Shown: positions 12,860 to 26,900 of the stretch, one piece after another
Layout: every line of letters starts with the position of its first letter
Numbering within the stretch: the first letter of the stretch is position 1
Source of the DNA: Phoronis australis
Lineage: Eukaryota > Animalia > Phoronida
NCBI GenBank assembly: GCA_002633005.1
Contig: NMRA01000472.1
Location: 105,304 to 169,303 of the forward strand
Direction of reading: 5' to 3'
DNA length: 64,000 nucleotides
The notes under the pieces: model-generated
What the model saw: only the letters and a program-made list of their open reading frames with translations
Told to the model about the DNA's origin: nothing
Database searches by the model: none
Made by a program: the position numbers and the translations under genes

Positions 12860-14045
12860 TAAATAACTCTGTAGTAGACGTTGTGATGGTACTTTCATCA
12901 ACTGTTTAAAAGATACTTTTGTTAAGCTTTCGGGTTCCTACTTGCCAAAACCGCCAAGGAACTTCGCGGACACAGAGGAAAATGTAAAAAACAAAATTGC
13001 CACTAGCGGCACACAAGTAGTAAGTTCCGTTCTAAAGTCGTCGCCGTCCTTTTGTCGTTTTTATAGAAATGCACTTCAGTGCCAAATTTTACAAAGTTTT
13101 TGCGAGGTTTTCATGAGATACAGCCACAATATTTGGAGATGTCCAAATATCGTCAGTAGTCCTCCTCGTGGGCGGCGCACCATAGGTAGCTGGGCAGCTA
13201 TAGCCCTCCCCCACTTAGTTACTTCAAAGCTGCGTCGCCCGTGCTCCTTACAGTCGAGACAAATGTACCAATTTTCAGTATCAACCGTAGTGTAATTTGG
13301 CCAAGAACAGACTCGGAAACAGAAGTAACCACCAAGTAGATGGCACAGAATATACCAAATTCATCCGCCAGCGAGGTGGTGGCGACTCCTTAAGAAGGAT
13401 ATCAATTTGCCAAATTTCATGAAAACCAGCCAAGGAACTCAAAAGATAAAGCGGGAAATTTAAAAAAGTATATAATCACTGGGGACACAGCGGTAGTCAG
13501 ATCCGTCCCTAAGTCGTAGCCATCTGCTGTCACTTTCATAGAAATACACCCGCCAAATAAAACAAAAATTCCTGCAAGGGCTTCATGAGATACACCTATG
13601 GACGCAACAGCTAATACTACTAGAAGGAACCACACTAGTGGGGTTCCGTCTGAAAATTATCGTCAGCCGCCCACTTCCTAGCCAGAACACATATACCAAT
13701 TTTCATAATCATTGTTATTGCCCTTTGGTCTATAAAGAGGACTCAACGACTGTTGAAACACCCATCCGAAAACTGAGGGTGGTGTCGTCTCTTCGATAGA
13801 CATCTTTTCACCAAATTTCACGAAAATACGTCACGAAACTGCAAAGGCAACATTCAAATTACCACTAGGGGCACAACGGTAGTCCCGTCCGTGTAAAAAC
13901 TGATCCATGATGCTTAATCCACGATCGAACATACCCGCAAAATTTCACTTATCTCCACCCAGGGTTTTTTAGATACAGCTGCAGACACTGGACGTATTGG
14001 GATGATAGCATAATGCATCCACATATAAACATGTGGGTGCATAAT
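12860..14045 (+). mobile_element. Same DINE-1/HINE-like family, diverged copy downstream of calpain
   Basis: Repeated CCACTAG-GGC units and 3' end ATGTGGGTGCATAA; left boundary approximate. Confidence 0.55.
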
Positions 14046-14941
14046 AAGGTTATGAGCAATTTTAAAAATGAAAGACTTCCAGTTACTTAAGAAGGTTGTT
14101 TTATTAAAATCGTAAATTAACTCAAAGAAATAGCAGTATTCTATGTGTTGCCAAGTCTGCCTACGAGTCAAGTAACCTCTAGATCAGATCAATAGCCTTA
14201 AAACTGTTCTTATCCATACTTGACTGAATTGAAAACAGCTACAAGACTTCTCTCAAACAAATGAACTATTACCAAATTCTATCCCAACAACATTCAGAAA
14301 TTTAAATAGTACATAAATTGCACACAATGCCAGAATGTCTAATCGCCAGATGTGAAACGGAGATGGACCAACTCACACTTGACTATCAAACTGACAATTT
14401 CCTGAACTTAAGATTAAAGCTATTTATTCACATGTGGAATAAAGAATTGAGCAACCTGAGAAAAAGAAAAGTACCACCAAGAAAGTCTATTTCGAAAACA
14501 CACATGTATGAAATTAAGTGGCTTACAGATACATGTCAGGTTAAACAGTGTGAATATGACTGTTACATTGTCATAATATGACTGTTACATTGTCATAATC
14601 TTGTAATATCAGTTCAGACTGAAACTAAGGTATAGTACTTGACCAATAGTTGTTCTAATTACCATGCAAACGCAACTCTTTATCTCTATCACCAAAATCC
14701 AACTATAAACCTCATTCACCGGGGCATTTGCATCAAATAATTGGTCAGCCTAACGCATCTGTTTACCGTTCGGCAACTAGCTAACCATAATTCATAATCT
14801 AAAAGGCAAATACATGCCTGTCTAAACCATAATTATCAAGTTCACACAATTATACTAATTTCATATAGGATTAAATATTGTCAGGCCATACAGAGAGCAC
14901 CACCTTGAGTGCAGCACTGCCATGATTCTCTCCTTGCAAAC

Positions 14942-14968
14942 CTACGAGTACATGGCCATTTGCACAAA
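14942..14968 (-). CDS. Calpain terminal coding exon 17
   Basis: ttttattttcag|[11 protein letters not shown]; resembles the C-terminal ...MYS of classical calpains. Confidence 0.9.
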   Translation of the reverse strand, partial: FVQMAMYS

Positions 14969-17900
14969 CTGAAAATAAAAAAAAAATTCATTAGACAATC
15001 CAAGACACATAATGCATTTTTGTATATTTCAATACTTTATGCAATAATTATGCAAAAAAACCGCAACCACAACCTTGAATGTTTTTAGAAATGCATCTTT
15101 TTCCGTAAGGAATGGAAATATGCTGCAAACAATTTGTCCCGTCAGCACACCATCTTTTGGTCACATCCCATGACCTAAGGAATATAAGTCCGAAAAGATT
15201 TCTGCCCCCGATCGGAAGAAAAAGATGCATTTCTACAAACAATGAGATCGAGGGTAAGATGCTCACTACTAAGTCTGATCAAATTTCTGTGTTTGACCAG
15301 TGGTCCCAATGGCTCAGTGGCTAGAGCGTCTGCATGGTTAGCAGATGGTCCTGGGTTCCGGATTCCGGTCAGGAGCAGAAATCTTTTCGGACTTATATTC
15401 ATTAGGTCACGTGATCATGTCCGAAACGGCGGCATGCTGACGGGACAAACTGTTCACTTAAATGTTTTACACATTCATTGCTTATTTATCAATTCAAGGG
15501 ATTACCCACTTAAGTTGGCTATGCAGTTAAGTTAAAATTGCACAATTTTTTGTAGCATAAAGTTTATGCAAAACGTGATTGAACAAAACGACACAGAATT
15601 CCCTGCCGTGAAGGCTAGGGACGAGCTGGTTTCATCATCACTGGAAAAGATATTCTATGCTACAATTAGTATTTTGCCATTTTCACTGCAAACAAAATCA
15701 GCTGTCATTACAATGAAACAAGTTTGTCAAATTACTTGAGTTTTACTGAGTGTCACTTAGTGTCAAGGTAGTCCTAACAACAACCAGTTACCTGTGCAAC
15801 ACGGTACCAGACTAACGGACATGTACCCTAGAGACTTAGTCCACTGACAAACACATCTCACCAACTGTCAAGCACTGCCAACCAACCCCGAACTCAGTGC
15901 CCCACAAACAGTATACAACTTAAAACACTCAAATTACTAGTACCCAGACCGACAAATGAAGTTCAACGATTACCCAACACATTACACAGACATGAGGCCT
16001 TGTTTTTTGAGTTCAGACACAAGTTTCTTTCGGTTGTGAAAACCTCTTTTTGTGAGCATGGCACCATGTTTAGGGGTCCACGAACATGTGTTAGCGAATC
16101 GGTGACCTGTGTTTTTGAGTCAGTGAGCCGAGTTTATCTGGGCCATGAGGTGCTTATAAATGAAGGACGTACGTTCACGAGAGTACCAGCCATGTTACGA
16201 CAGGTATGTTGAATTAAAAGACTTATGAATATGGAAAATTATAAGGAACCTAGTTGTGTACATCACTGCAATACTTCTATTGCAGTGTAAATGTACTTAG
16301 TTAACAAGTTCAGGAAGTGTCTTAAGATGATTGAGGTGAAATTTTTTTAAACATTTTGAAACTACTACCATTCTTTGCAAAGCATTCTTTAAGTACTTCA
16401 TCACTCTCTCTGTGCTACATTAAATTGCATGCCGTGGGGGTAAACCTGTTTGAGAGCGAGGGTCACTTCTAATAAGAAATGACCCCCTTAGATGCATTTA
16501 AGAGCCGTAAAGGGGGTTTGAGTGCAAACATACCTCATCCATGCTGAAGGTTGCCTGTCCTTTTCTGTACGAATCTTCGGCATCCTTCTCCAAGAAGGTT
16601 TCTGCAAGAAATGGCAAGAGTAAGGAAACCTAATTAATGCTCACAGTTAGTTACAGTGTGAGCTCTCTATCACAGATGAAAACAAGATTCTGCCATAGAA
16701 ACGGTAGGTAGGGAGGGCAATACCTCCAACTTGTGTTGCACAAGCGGAATTAGGGGGGTAGGGGGTCTAACCACCCACCCTACGGACACGGCCAAAAATG
16801 CCAGCATGCCCGGTTTCAGGCCCTTTGGAAATTGTGGGCGCCCCTCCCTCTTACGACACCCTAGATCCACCAGTGTATTGACACATAATCATTTCAGGTA
16901 TAAACTCGGCTGAGGTGGCTACTTCAATCTTCAAATGTGGTCTAAGAGTGGGTTAACTGTCAGATGCAGAGAAGGAGTCCTATGCACGGCAACTTTTGTA
17001 CTGCTCTCACAAGCAGTCATAACATCCTTTATTTTCTCCCCACTGTCCAACCTTCCTGAGGTCACAATCTATAACCAGACTTAACAAAATGTTTTTTAAC
17101 ATTGAATAGGGCTAGGATGTATGAGAAATAACATTTTCCTTGATACGATTCCGACTGAGAAAAAACAAAAAATGATCTAAGATCTGTTTGTGACCACATT
17201 ATCATTTCAAGACGCAATAAAACAATACCCCGGAGCCCAAAACAACTTTTAATCAAAACTACTATTATACAAAAGCAAGACAAAGCGTTGAAATGTGACC
17301 CGACTGTCCCACAAATGGTATTCTTCTTAGGGGTGTTTATTAGTAACATAAAAATAAAAATGGCCACTAGGTGGCACACCGATGGGATTGGGAAGTCTTC
17401 GCTGTCTCCCTAATATCGACCAATTTGCAAAATTTCGTAAAATGTGAAGATACAACGAAGAAAATAAAATTGCCACTACAAGGCACAACGGTTGTCATAT
17501 CAGTATGAAAGAAGTTGATATCTGTTGCCACAATCACAGGAGTACACTTGCACACAGCTTTGGATGAAAAAATAACCACTAGGGGGAAGGCACAGCAGTC
17601 GGACACATCTGAAAATCAACATCTCATGTGCTGCTGTCAGTAGGATGACATCTATCAATTTTTTATGATCCTTTCAGCATTTTCGCGGAAAGAAAGACTG
17701 ATGCCAAAAAAGACTCAAAAATAACACAAAAAAGTCTCTAAGTGGCGCAGAAAATGTCTAACCGTTACCAAAATAGAAACCAAGGTGTTCTTATCTACAA
17801 TACACACCAACCAATATATAGGCAAATAAAAATCTGTCCCATATTCTTACTCAAATTAGAAATAACTTTTAGACTCAAGAAGAACTGACACGACACTGTA

Positions 17901-20900
17901 TTCAATGTGTGTTTTCAAAGACCACACCTGACCAAGGCTAACTATTTTCTTCATCTGACAAGGTATCGCCTCAGTCTGGACTTTTACACCTTAACCACTA
18001 CAACTCTGTTCCAACACTACTTACCGAAAAATGTCTTCAGTCTGACAAAACACAGGATGAAATCGTCAAAAGACAGAACACCTTTCTGGTTGGAGTACCG
18101 CTTCACTATGCAATTGAAAGTGGCATTGCGCACACGGTACCCTGAAAACAAGATCATCACGGAATTTTGTACGTCGACTTAACAACCACTACTTACATCT
18201 CCATATTGAATTTTTTTCACTAATTTAAAAGTGCTACTTCCTTCAACAAATCAGGCCTTAAACAATTCTTTTGGTTACAATAACAGTAAAAATGTCACTA
18301 GCAATACATACAAGACTTTCTGGTGCATCAAGGTGGCAAGAAACCCAATTTCCATCACAGAACCCAAATATAGTGGGCCACCTTTCTTGCTCTGCATAAC
18401 ATTATGTTGTCATAATGGACCATCCAGAGTTGGCAGGCAGCCAACTCTCAGGAGAGTCAGAAAACCAAAAGCCCTTCCGTTCAATTACTCTTTCTTGTAA
18501 CTTTAATCTGACAGTGTTAAGATAAGGGTTGCCTGCAGAATTAGTACGTTAGATTTAATTTTTCACCTTTTTGTGGATGGAAACAGAGTCAACACTTGAA
18601 TTCTTCATCAAAAAATTTGAGTATAGAGCTTTTTTCTCACAAAAACCGGCCAAGTTTCGTGAGAGATAGCTGTAATTCAGATTAGCTGATTTCATTGTCT
18701 ATCCAACAGTCCCACTAACAGATCAGACATAACTACCATGCTACCTTAATCAAACCTGGAGACCAGACAAATCAGATCAGTGCTACCAAAATAGCATGAC
18801 CAGAATATATTCCCTGAAGCCCCCACGTTGACTTCACAATTAAAACAGCTTTATGGTCTCCAGATTCTTTGAGGTTGTCACATTATATTTTCCTTTTTGT
18901 GTCTAAACAAGCATTGTTGAAACACTCACCAGCGTTGTTCAGCGCACTTCGCAACTCATACGAGCTCAAGGATCCACTCCCATCTTTGTCATACTGTTGG
19001 AAGATGCCCTGAAATAATGACGCATTCAGACTTTGATTACGAGTAATAAGCATATCTGCAGACTGATTTGGGAAGTTTAGATGCCTATCAAGTGTTCACA
19101 TGCCATTTTTGCTCTAAGCAATGGATGGCATGCAAACAACGTCAGTATAAAATTGCTATGGCTATTTTTGCTTAATGTCAACCTAAAATGCACCATTACG
19201 CAGATGACAGGGATGACTCGGAGCAGTTAGATTCTAAGTAGTCTTGAAGTAGGTCTGTGACCAAAGATCCGCCCAAGGCTGTAGAGAACATAATATCAGC
19301 ACCTACCTTTCTGGCGGTAGAGAACATAATATCTGCACCTACCTTCCAGAGTCGCAGAGAGTTCCATACATCCTGAAACTCATCAAAGCCTAGTTTTCCA
19401 GAGTGATCCTCCTGTGGGGCTAAGTTAAGGTACATATGTCCAACACCACGTTTACATTAATACACACAGTCACCATGTTATGAAAAATGTTTTCAAAATC
19501 CTTAAACGATGTTCAATTGTTACTTGTAAAGTAGTATCTGCATTCAACATCCCTCAAATTATCAATACTTTTTCAGAAAATAAAATTTTAATGAATACAA
19601 ATTCTGTAATTTTTGGTGTATGAATTGGCATGTACTTTAATTATTTACTGTAACTTGTACTTTAGATGTGCTTGTATGCGGCTGAATCATCCTTTTCGTA
19701 GTTAGAGTTTCAACTCTTCCCATCGAGCATAAACAAGCTGGCCCAGTTTATCATTGATCAACAATGAAGGATAAATTGTAATTTTTTAGGAACTTCAGCA
19801 CTATCAAAGTACAGCCTCAAGAAAGTGATTACAATGAAGTTGATGATGGTAAACTGGGGCAAGTACGGGAATGTCAGCGTTATGCAAAGTTAGCAGCTCT
19901 GTGTTTGCTTGTTCCAGTTGTACAGATGTCTTAAGAATCAGTGGGACAATGGCCGGAGCCTGCAGTGGCTATGTGACAGGTTGACTAAATGAAAATTTGT
20001 AAATGGTAAGTTTTTAACTTTGTTTTTAATACATCTTTTTAGTTTCTGTGCTGACAAAAACATGTGGAGAAATTTGAAATAATTACTGACCAAAATACCA
20101 ATGACAACATAAAAAGTGAGGGATTCCCCGATCACTCATTGCAAATTAAAAAAGTTATTTTTTTTGCACTTCATTACATTCACTTTTTTAAATTTTAAAA
20201 AGAAGTTAATTTGTTGTCATTCTGCTTCAAGGACCAATATCTGTGCTGCAACATAGAAATAAGAAATTCAATAATAGAATTCCCTCTTTTAAAAATGACG
20301 AGTTGAGAAAGCATCATTTGGAACTGGTTTTGATTACATTATAGTTTGTTTTATGGCATTTCAAAATAACATTACAGCGTTCTGTCGTTCAGTAACTTTT
20401 CCACACATGAGGGGTGCTGAACGTGCGATAACATCTGGCTCTTTTGTTAACTGTCCAGCTCAGTCTTTTGTCCCGTATGATAACAAGCAGGCCAATTATC
20501 TCCCAGGCTTCAAAGGAAACGTATGGTGGTTGCACGCTATTACCAAACGCGTATGAACACAGTCAAACCGGCCAGTGCGTTGGTAATCCCTTTGGACAGA
20601 ATGGATTGTCTTAACTTCTGTTGTAGTTGGGCGATTTTGGTGATTCAAAAACGGAACATGATCAGCATTTGACGAGGAATTCAGAAATGCTATTGGTTTA
20701 AGCTCAGATATGTTATAACTTAACTTTCATTTTTATCAGTCCAGCCCAGTCAGGCTAGATACGATCTGATCGGAGATTAGAGCAATTATCGAACAAAAGA
20801 GAGCTGGCCCTCCAACCATGAATGCCAGTATTGAGTTTATCAGTCGTGTAAGATATTGGCTACCGGGGTAAACTTCCCAATTTGTTGTTGGGCTATAGAA

Positions 20901-23900
20901 TCGAACAAGTTGGGAGCAACGGGATGTTGCCGTCATAAGATACCGCAATTTCGTGTAGCTTGGTGCATTGTCAAGACTGAATGGTGCTGTAATCCATCGC
21001 TTTAGTGGCAACTTGTCTTGCTCATTAATTCAAAGGATACATCCTTCATAGCAACTATGCTTCTGCACGTCTCCAAACTAAATTCACCCAGCTCTGAAAT
21101 AACCAATAGTAATGCTGAAAGTGAGTGCTGGTATGGTACAATTATTAAGCACATATAATACCAGTAGAGCCCATATTGACATAGTTCAGTTGAAGTGACA
21201 TGTTTGCTATGAGCAAACCTGATGCACATGATGAACACAGCCAAGTCATCGAACTCGAAGTTGAGAAGATACTTCATTGATAATGGTGCTTGAGCTAGCA
21301 ACTGAAAATGACACAACAATTACTGCACTGTTTAAAAGGGAAGTGGATTCCTAATTTGTCAATAAATGTTACCTCAAAACACAACACCAGACCATCAGAA
21401 GGGTAATTAAAAACCTGTTTGATCAACACAACACTCAGATCATTGCAGCTTAAAAGGATTTTAGCGAAAAAAAATTAAAACTCCAAGGTCACTTCTACAT
21501 CTCCATGGACAGAATGATAACTATGAGTATAGCATTTCTATGTTTATTTCACACAAAAATAATAGCAAAATATTACCCTTCTGAAAATAATGGGAGTTTA
21601 AGCAAATGTTGTTTTATGACAACTACACACTACAATCCGTGCTTGTAGTAGACTTGAACGTTCTTGCTTTTTATTATTGTGGAGAAATTTACCAAAATGG
21701 AATTTCACTGGCAGGGCCATATTTTGAAAAATCAGTCAAGAATAAACGTTATTGGCTTGTAAGTTCACCGTCTAATGCACACCCTGGTACATAATTGGAA
21801 TTCGATGTTTAATTCCAAAAATGCCATTTGATAATATGTGCCCAACACTTGTACATAGAAATCTCCAAAACATGCCACGCATAGCTGGGAGCTTCAAGGA
21901 AGCAACCTGCCAGAATCAATTCTTCACCAAACACAACAGAATGATATTGGCATACAGGAAAAGACAAAAGTTACAGACAATATATTGTGTCCCCGTCATG
22001 ACTACTAATTTTCTTAAAAGCAAAAATAATTGTCAATAACTAGTATGGGGGCAAAATAGTAATGACAAAATGGCTTAGCAACCTTACTAACTTTCCTGTT
22101 AACTCCACTTCATTCTCAGCCATCAGGGGAGACTACTCTGACCATGAATTCGGCTTTCACCAAGCCATCATGACGGGGAATTCTGCGCCATTTTGTCTGA
22201 ATACTTTTGGCTAGTACTGTACTTATCCTCATCATGCCAGGTGTCAGATGACTGTCGTCAATGACGATTCTCAAGTACTACAAAGACTGATGCATCTATT
22301 CCTAAGGACCACAGTGCATGCACACTTTACATTCATACAAAACTTGTACAATATACACAGACCTCTTGGAAATGGACTTCACTGTTACTGTCAAGGTGTG
22401 TTAAAGTATGCTCACCACAGAAACTAAAGACAGTGATGGGTCTAGACACGGGACACATTACACTATACCTTCTGCTTGAAATGTGGCGGTTAGGGGAACA
22501 ATCAGGAGAAAGTGAGAGACAACACAAATGAAAGATTCTCGTCAAAATGTGCAGGGGCTAGTGTTTAACTAGACACTTGTTATGGGTAAAATAGATAAAA
22601 GTGGCTTTCATTTCAGATCATTTCTAGCGCACCAGGTGGAGTCGTGTGCTGTTGGCATGTTAAGCTCCAACGTTGTGATCAACACAGACTGGCAAGACTA
22701 AGATGAATTTGGTGACTGAGACGCAGCAACTTTTAAAAACAATGACACTATTTTGTCGTTAAGGTTTGTGTAAGTTACACGATTAAAACTGAAAGAAATT
22801 CAAATAGAACGGTCACATAACATGAATCAGAAAAATTTCAAAATCAGAAGAAATTTTCCAGTGAGTGGAATCTTATTGACTTATTGACAGCGAGTGCTAA
22901 CAAGGAAAACCTGGGCTGTGATTATAGAATAAATCACATTATTATCCACTTTGCAACGGAGTCTTGTGGATATTTTCATATCCCAATGCTATAAATCAAA
23001 TTTAATTTTGAAAAACCATTACAATATATTATCAAGGCATACCTCACTGAAACAAATTTTTAAATAAAAATGTCATGTTACCTTAGTAACCAACTCATTT
23101 ACTTTGAGTTTCAAGCAGAATTAAGCTTGTACAACCATGAATACCTGACAAGTATGCCTATTTAACCAAATATGTACAAAACTATAAATTTCAACTTAGA
23201 GAAAGCCTATAGAAAATGATTTTTGACTTATTACAATACAGACAACAATTCATTCACGTGATCCTGTTTTTAGTGAAATTTAACACCAAAGAAGTGTATT
23301 TGATACCTAAGAATGGTATCAATAACACAATCAAATTACATTGGATATAAATGTTCGAGATGAGATCTGAAAAACACTATTACAATTTTCTACAAGTTAT
23401 TTCGTTTTCATTTTAGGCAAATTCATTTTTTTCATGAATTCATTTGACAGTACCCGATGTCCAAGTGCGAAAGTTTAAAACCAATTCCTAACAGCATTTT
23501 GAAGAACAGTGCAAAAGCATATTATCTGAAAATTTCACAAGAGCAACTCGGAGCATTGAAATGCGCCCACGAATGCATCGCAAATGGTGTGCTTTTAGGT
23601 TGACTATTTGTGTCATAAAAATGGCCACTAGATGGCACAAAAACACACAATCCGTCCGAAAACGGGAACATGTCATTGCCTCTTAATAAAAGGCTATTAA
23701 CACCAAATTTCATAGAAATCCGTCACGAAACTTCGGAGAAACAAAGAAAAACAGAATAAAATGAAATTGCCAAGTAGGGGGCAAAGTGTTCATTGGATCC
23801 GCCTGAAAGTCGTCATTGTCTGTTGTTAGCTTCATATAAATATATTTACTAAATTTAATAAACATCCTGCAGTGGGTTTGGGAGATACATCTATGGGCGC

Positions 23901-26900
23901 AAAACAAAACAAACAAAACTACCACTAGGAGGCGCCAGAGTAGTCAAAGTCGTCATCATCAACTGTCCTCTTCACACTGAAAACATGTACGGCAATTTTC
24001 AAAACCATGCTTAGAATGACATGGTTGACAGAGAGGTAGACTCGAAAACAGCAAAAATGGCCTCTAGGTGGCGCAAACTAAGTTGAATCCATCCGAAAAC
24101 GGCAAGATGGCGTCGTCTCATGAATAACTGCCTATATACCAAATTTTTTGAAAATACGCTAAGGACCTTTGATGATAGAGGTAAGCATAAAAAATTGCCA
24201 CTAGGGGACACACAGATAGTCGGATCTGTCCGAAAGTTCGCTCATGCCGTACCATCCATGAAAGGAACACTGTGCAAAATTTCATGAACATACGTCAATT
24301 GGTTTTGGAGATAGAGCAGCGGATGCCGCACGCACGGAGATGATGGCATAATGCGTCCACATATAAATAAGTGGGCGCAAAAAAAATAAAAACGAATCCC
24401 ATAAGCCATTTCTGAGATATGATGTTCCAAAGAAAGGCAAACTTTGACAAATCACGTTCAGAAATAAGACAATCAGTAAAAAGGCAATTTAGCTTGAAAC
24501 CCAAAACAACCACTTAACTTCAGAAATAAGACAATCAGTAAAAAGGCAATTTACCTTGAAACCCAAAACAACCACTTAACTTCAGAAATAAGACAACCAG
24601 TAAAAAGGCAATTTAGCTTGAAACCCAAAACAACCACTTAATCAAAAACACCTTGAAGAAAGGTCAATCTCTCATTAACATACAACACAAGGTAAGTTAG
24701 TAATATGAAGTACTGTTACTGAGAGAAAAGTTTGTGTGAAGGATGAAAGATGATGTGTTTCAAAACACTATTGACAATGCTTACGTGGATTGCCTGTAAT
24801 GGAAAAGCAATGAGGTAATTATTGAACAATGGAATATGGCTGCTCAGGGCTACCGTCTGCGATTCAACACACAACCCTCGACGTATTGCTTACAGCTTTC
24901 TCCTGTAATTTCATCTTTCCAGTTTCACCAACTGATAATGTCATTAGCGTGATTCTGCGTGAAATTGGCACTATGGAACGCATTCCTGGTCGATGCAAAG
25001 TCAATGTTGAGAATGAAGGAAGTGGCATAACACAATGGGTTGAAACTGTGTTAGGCTTAACAACAGTTACATTTCCTCTTATGCTTCGCAAGAATAAGAA
25101 CATTTAAAAACACCGCTGTGTTGTTCAACAACCGCTGTGTTTAAAAGCAGTGTGCCTTCCACAACACCAATATGACAAGCAACTGGACTTCCAGCATAGT
25201 CAAAGTGGCAAGCAGCATGGAACACACTTGAGTGCTGAAAATTCATGAGTCAGCAAAGATGATGCTTAGCCTACATGACTTTGTATTGTCAGGTGTGCAC
25301 TCATCTGCCTCTGCCAGTTCAGACAGTACACACTTGTGGGACATGACATCATGTAATAGATAGAGAAAAAAGCTCAAGTCAAATATTGGAATTTGCTTAC
25401 TTGAGTTAGTGACATAGTGTCCGACTCTTACGGACTTCAGCTAGGCTAGTGATTATTAGTATCGTTCTGGCCAGTAGCTTTTTTGACGCCCCTTCTGAAC
25501 CAATCTTCCTCATAGTCTAGGATAGTGATATCATCAGTATCAAAATCACGTCTGGTGGTGCATAAGTGATTTTGATACTGATGATGTCGCTATGCTCGAC
25601 TCTGAGGAAGATTGGTTCAGATGGGGTGTCAAAGAGCTCTGCACGAGCACATCAAGCGCCCCTCTGAATAAACAAGATGGATCAATTTTCCAACTGTTAC
25701 ACACGTGGGATAGTGTCCTGACCTGGATGCTGCGTCGACTGGGTAAAATGCCACCTACTGGCTAGAATGATAGTAAGATCACTACCCAAATTGAAGTGCT
25801 AAGAGACAGACGCAACATCGTTAACTAAGTAAGCAAATTCCAGTATTTGAATTAAGTTTTTTCTGAGTTTTGATACCTCATCTGAATGTCTCATAACTTT
25901 CATGCTTTTATCATTTGCAACAGATACTAAACAATGATCAGAAACAACAATTTGTTAAATTGTTCAGCAAACTTCCAGGTTTTCAATAAGGATAGTTCTT
26001 CTACATAACTGTGAATGGTGACACTGGAAACCAAGTAGTTTACTGAAGATTATTTCTGTGATCAGGAAACATGTCACCAATTGGTTATATTTCAGGTCGA
26101 AGTCAATGAATTTTGACTTTCAACACTCGAAATGCCACCTTGCGTTCATCACTTCATAGCCGTCCAGTTGTCCATTATTAATACAACAGACATACATGAG
26201 GATGCGATTAGTCTGTACATAAAAAACTGAAAGAGAACGAACTTTGTTTTTAAGTACCAACCTTTGCTGTAAGCTACATTCAGGATGTCACGCAGTTCGT
26301 AAGCGTCAACTTCCATGTCGACACCGGCAATGCGGCGGAATACTGCCCTCATCTTCTCCGTCGCCTCGCTCTCCTGGGGTGTGGGCTCGGGGGCCTAGAA
26401 TAGGGACAAAAAGGTATATGTGTAAGGCAACAAGAAAATTGCAAGAGCACGTCAAAAGAGAATGGTGATTGTTGTTGAGCACATCTTGTTTGAAAGGCAT
26501 TGTGTTCCCCAGAAGAATGGAGCACTAAAGGAAAGCATGATTAATGTCAATTGGCAAGGTCCTACATTAAACATCCAGGAGACATCACAGGGTCCTCATT
26601 GACCTTTAGGGAAAGGTTCCTGTGCCTTTTGAGGGTAATATTTCGGGTTAAAAAAAATGTTCCCCAGGTCGCGACCAGTTTGCAGGACTGTGCAAGTTAA
26701 AGGCGACTCTAGCACACTATAGCTTTCCTGAATACAACTCTGGTTACAAAAACGGTGCTTCATAAAGGACAAAACTGAGCTGAGTATTCTCTGAACTGTT
26801 TCACACAAGGTCGGATTTCTGGGACAGTCAACAAGTGACTAAGATTTTAAGCCAAGAAACATATTTCCAAGCTAAAATAAATCCAATTGCTTACACTGTA

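Noticed and set aside
14095-14430. Calpain poly(A) signals (AATAAA on the minus strand near 14423 and 14100)
   Set aside because: Both are plausible, but such hexamers are common in AT-rich DNA and I cannot choose between them without 3'-end data.
15302-15378. tRNA gene
   Set aside because: The T-arm/B box and acceptor stem are degenerate, and the sequence continues into a repeated body. It is better explained as a SINE head.
24457-24641. Regular direct repeats considered as a CRISPR array
   Set aside because: The units are head-to-tail with no unique spacers, there are no cas genes, and the context is a eukaryotic intron. It is a minisatellite.
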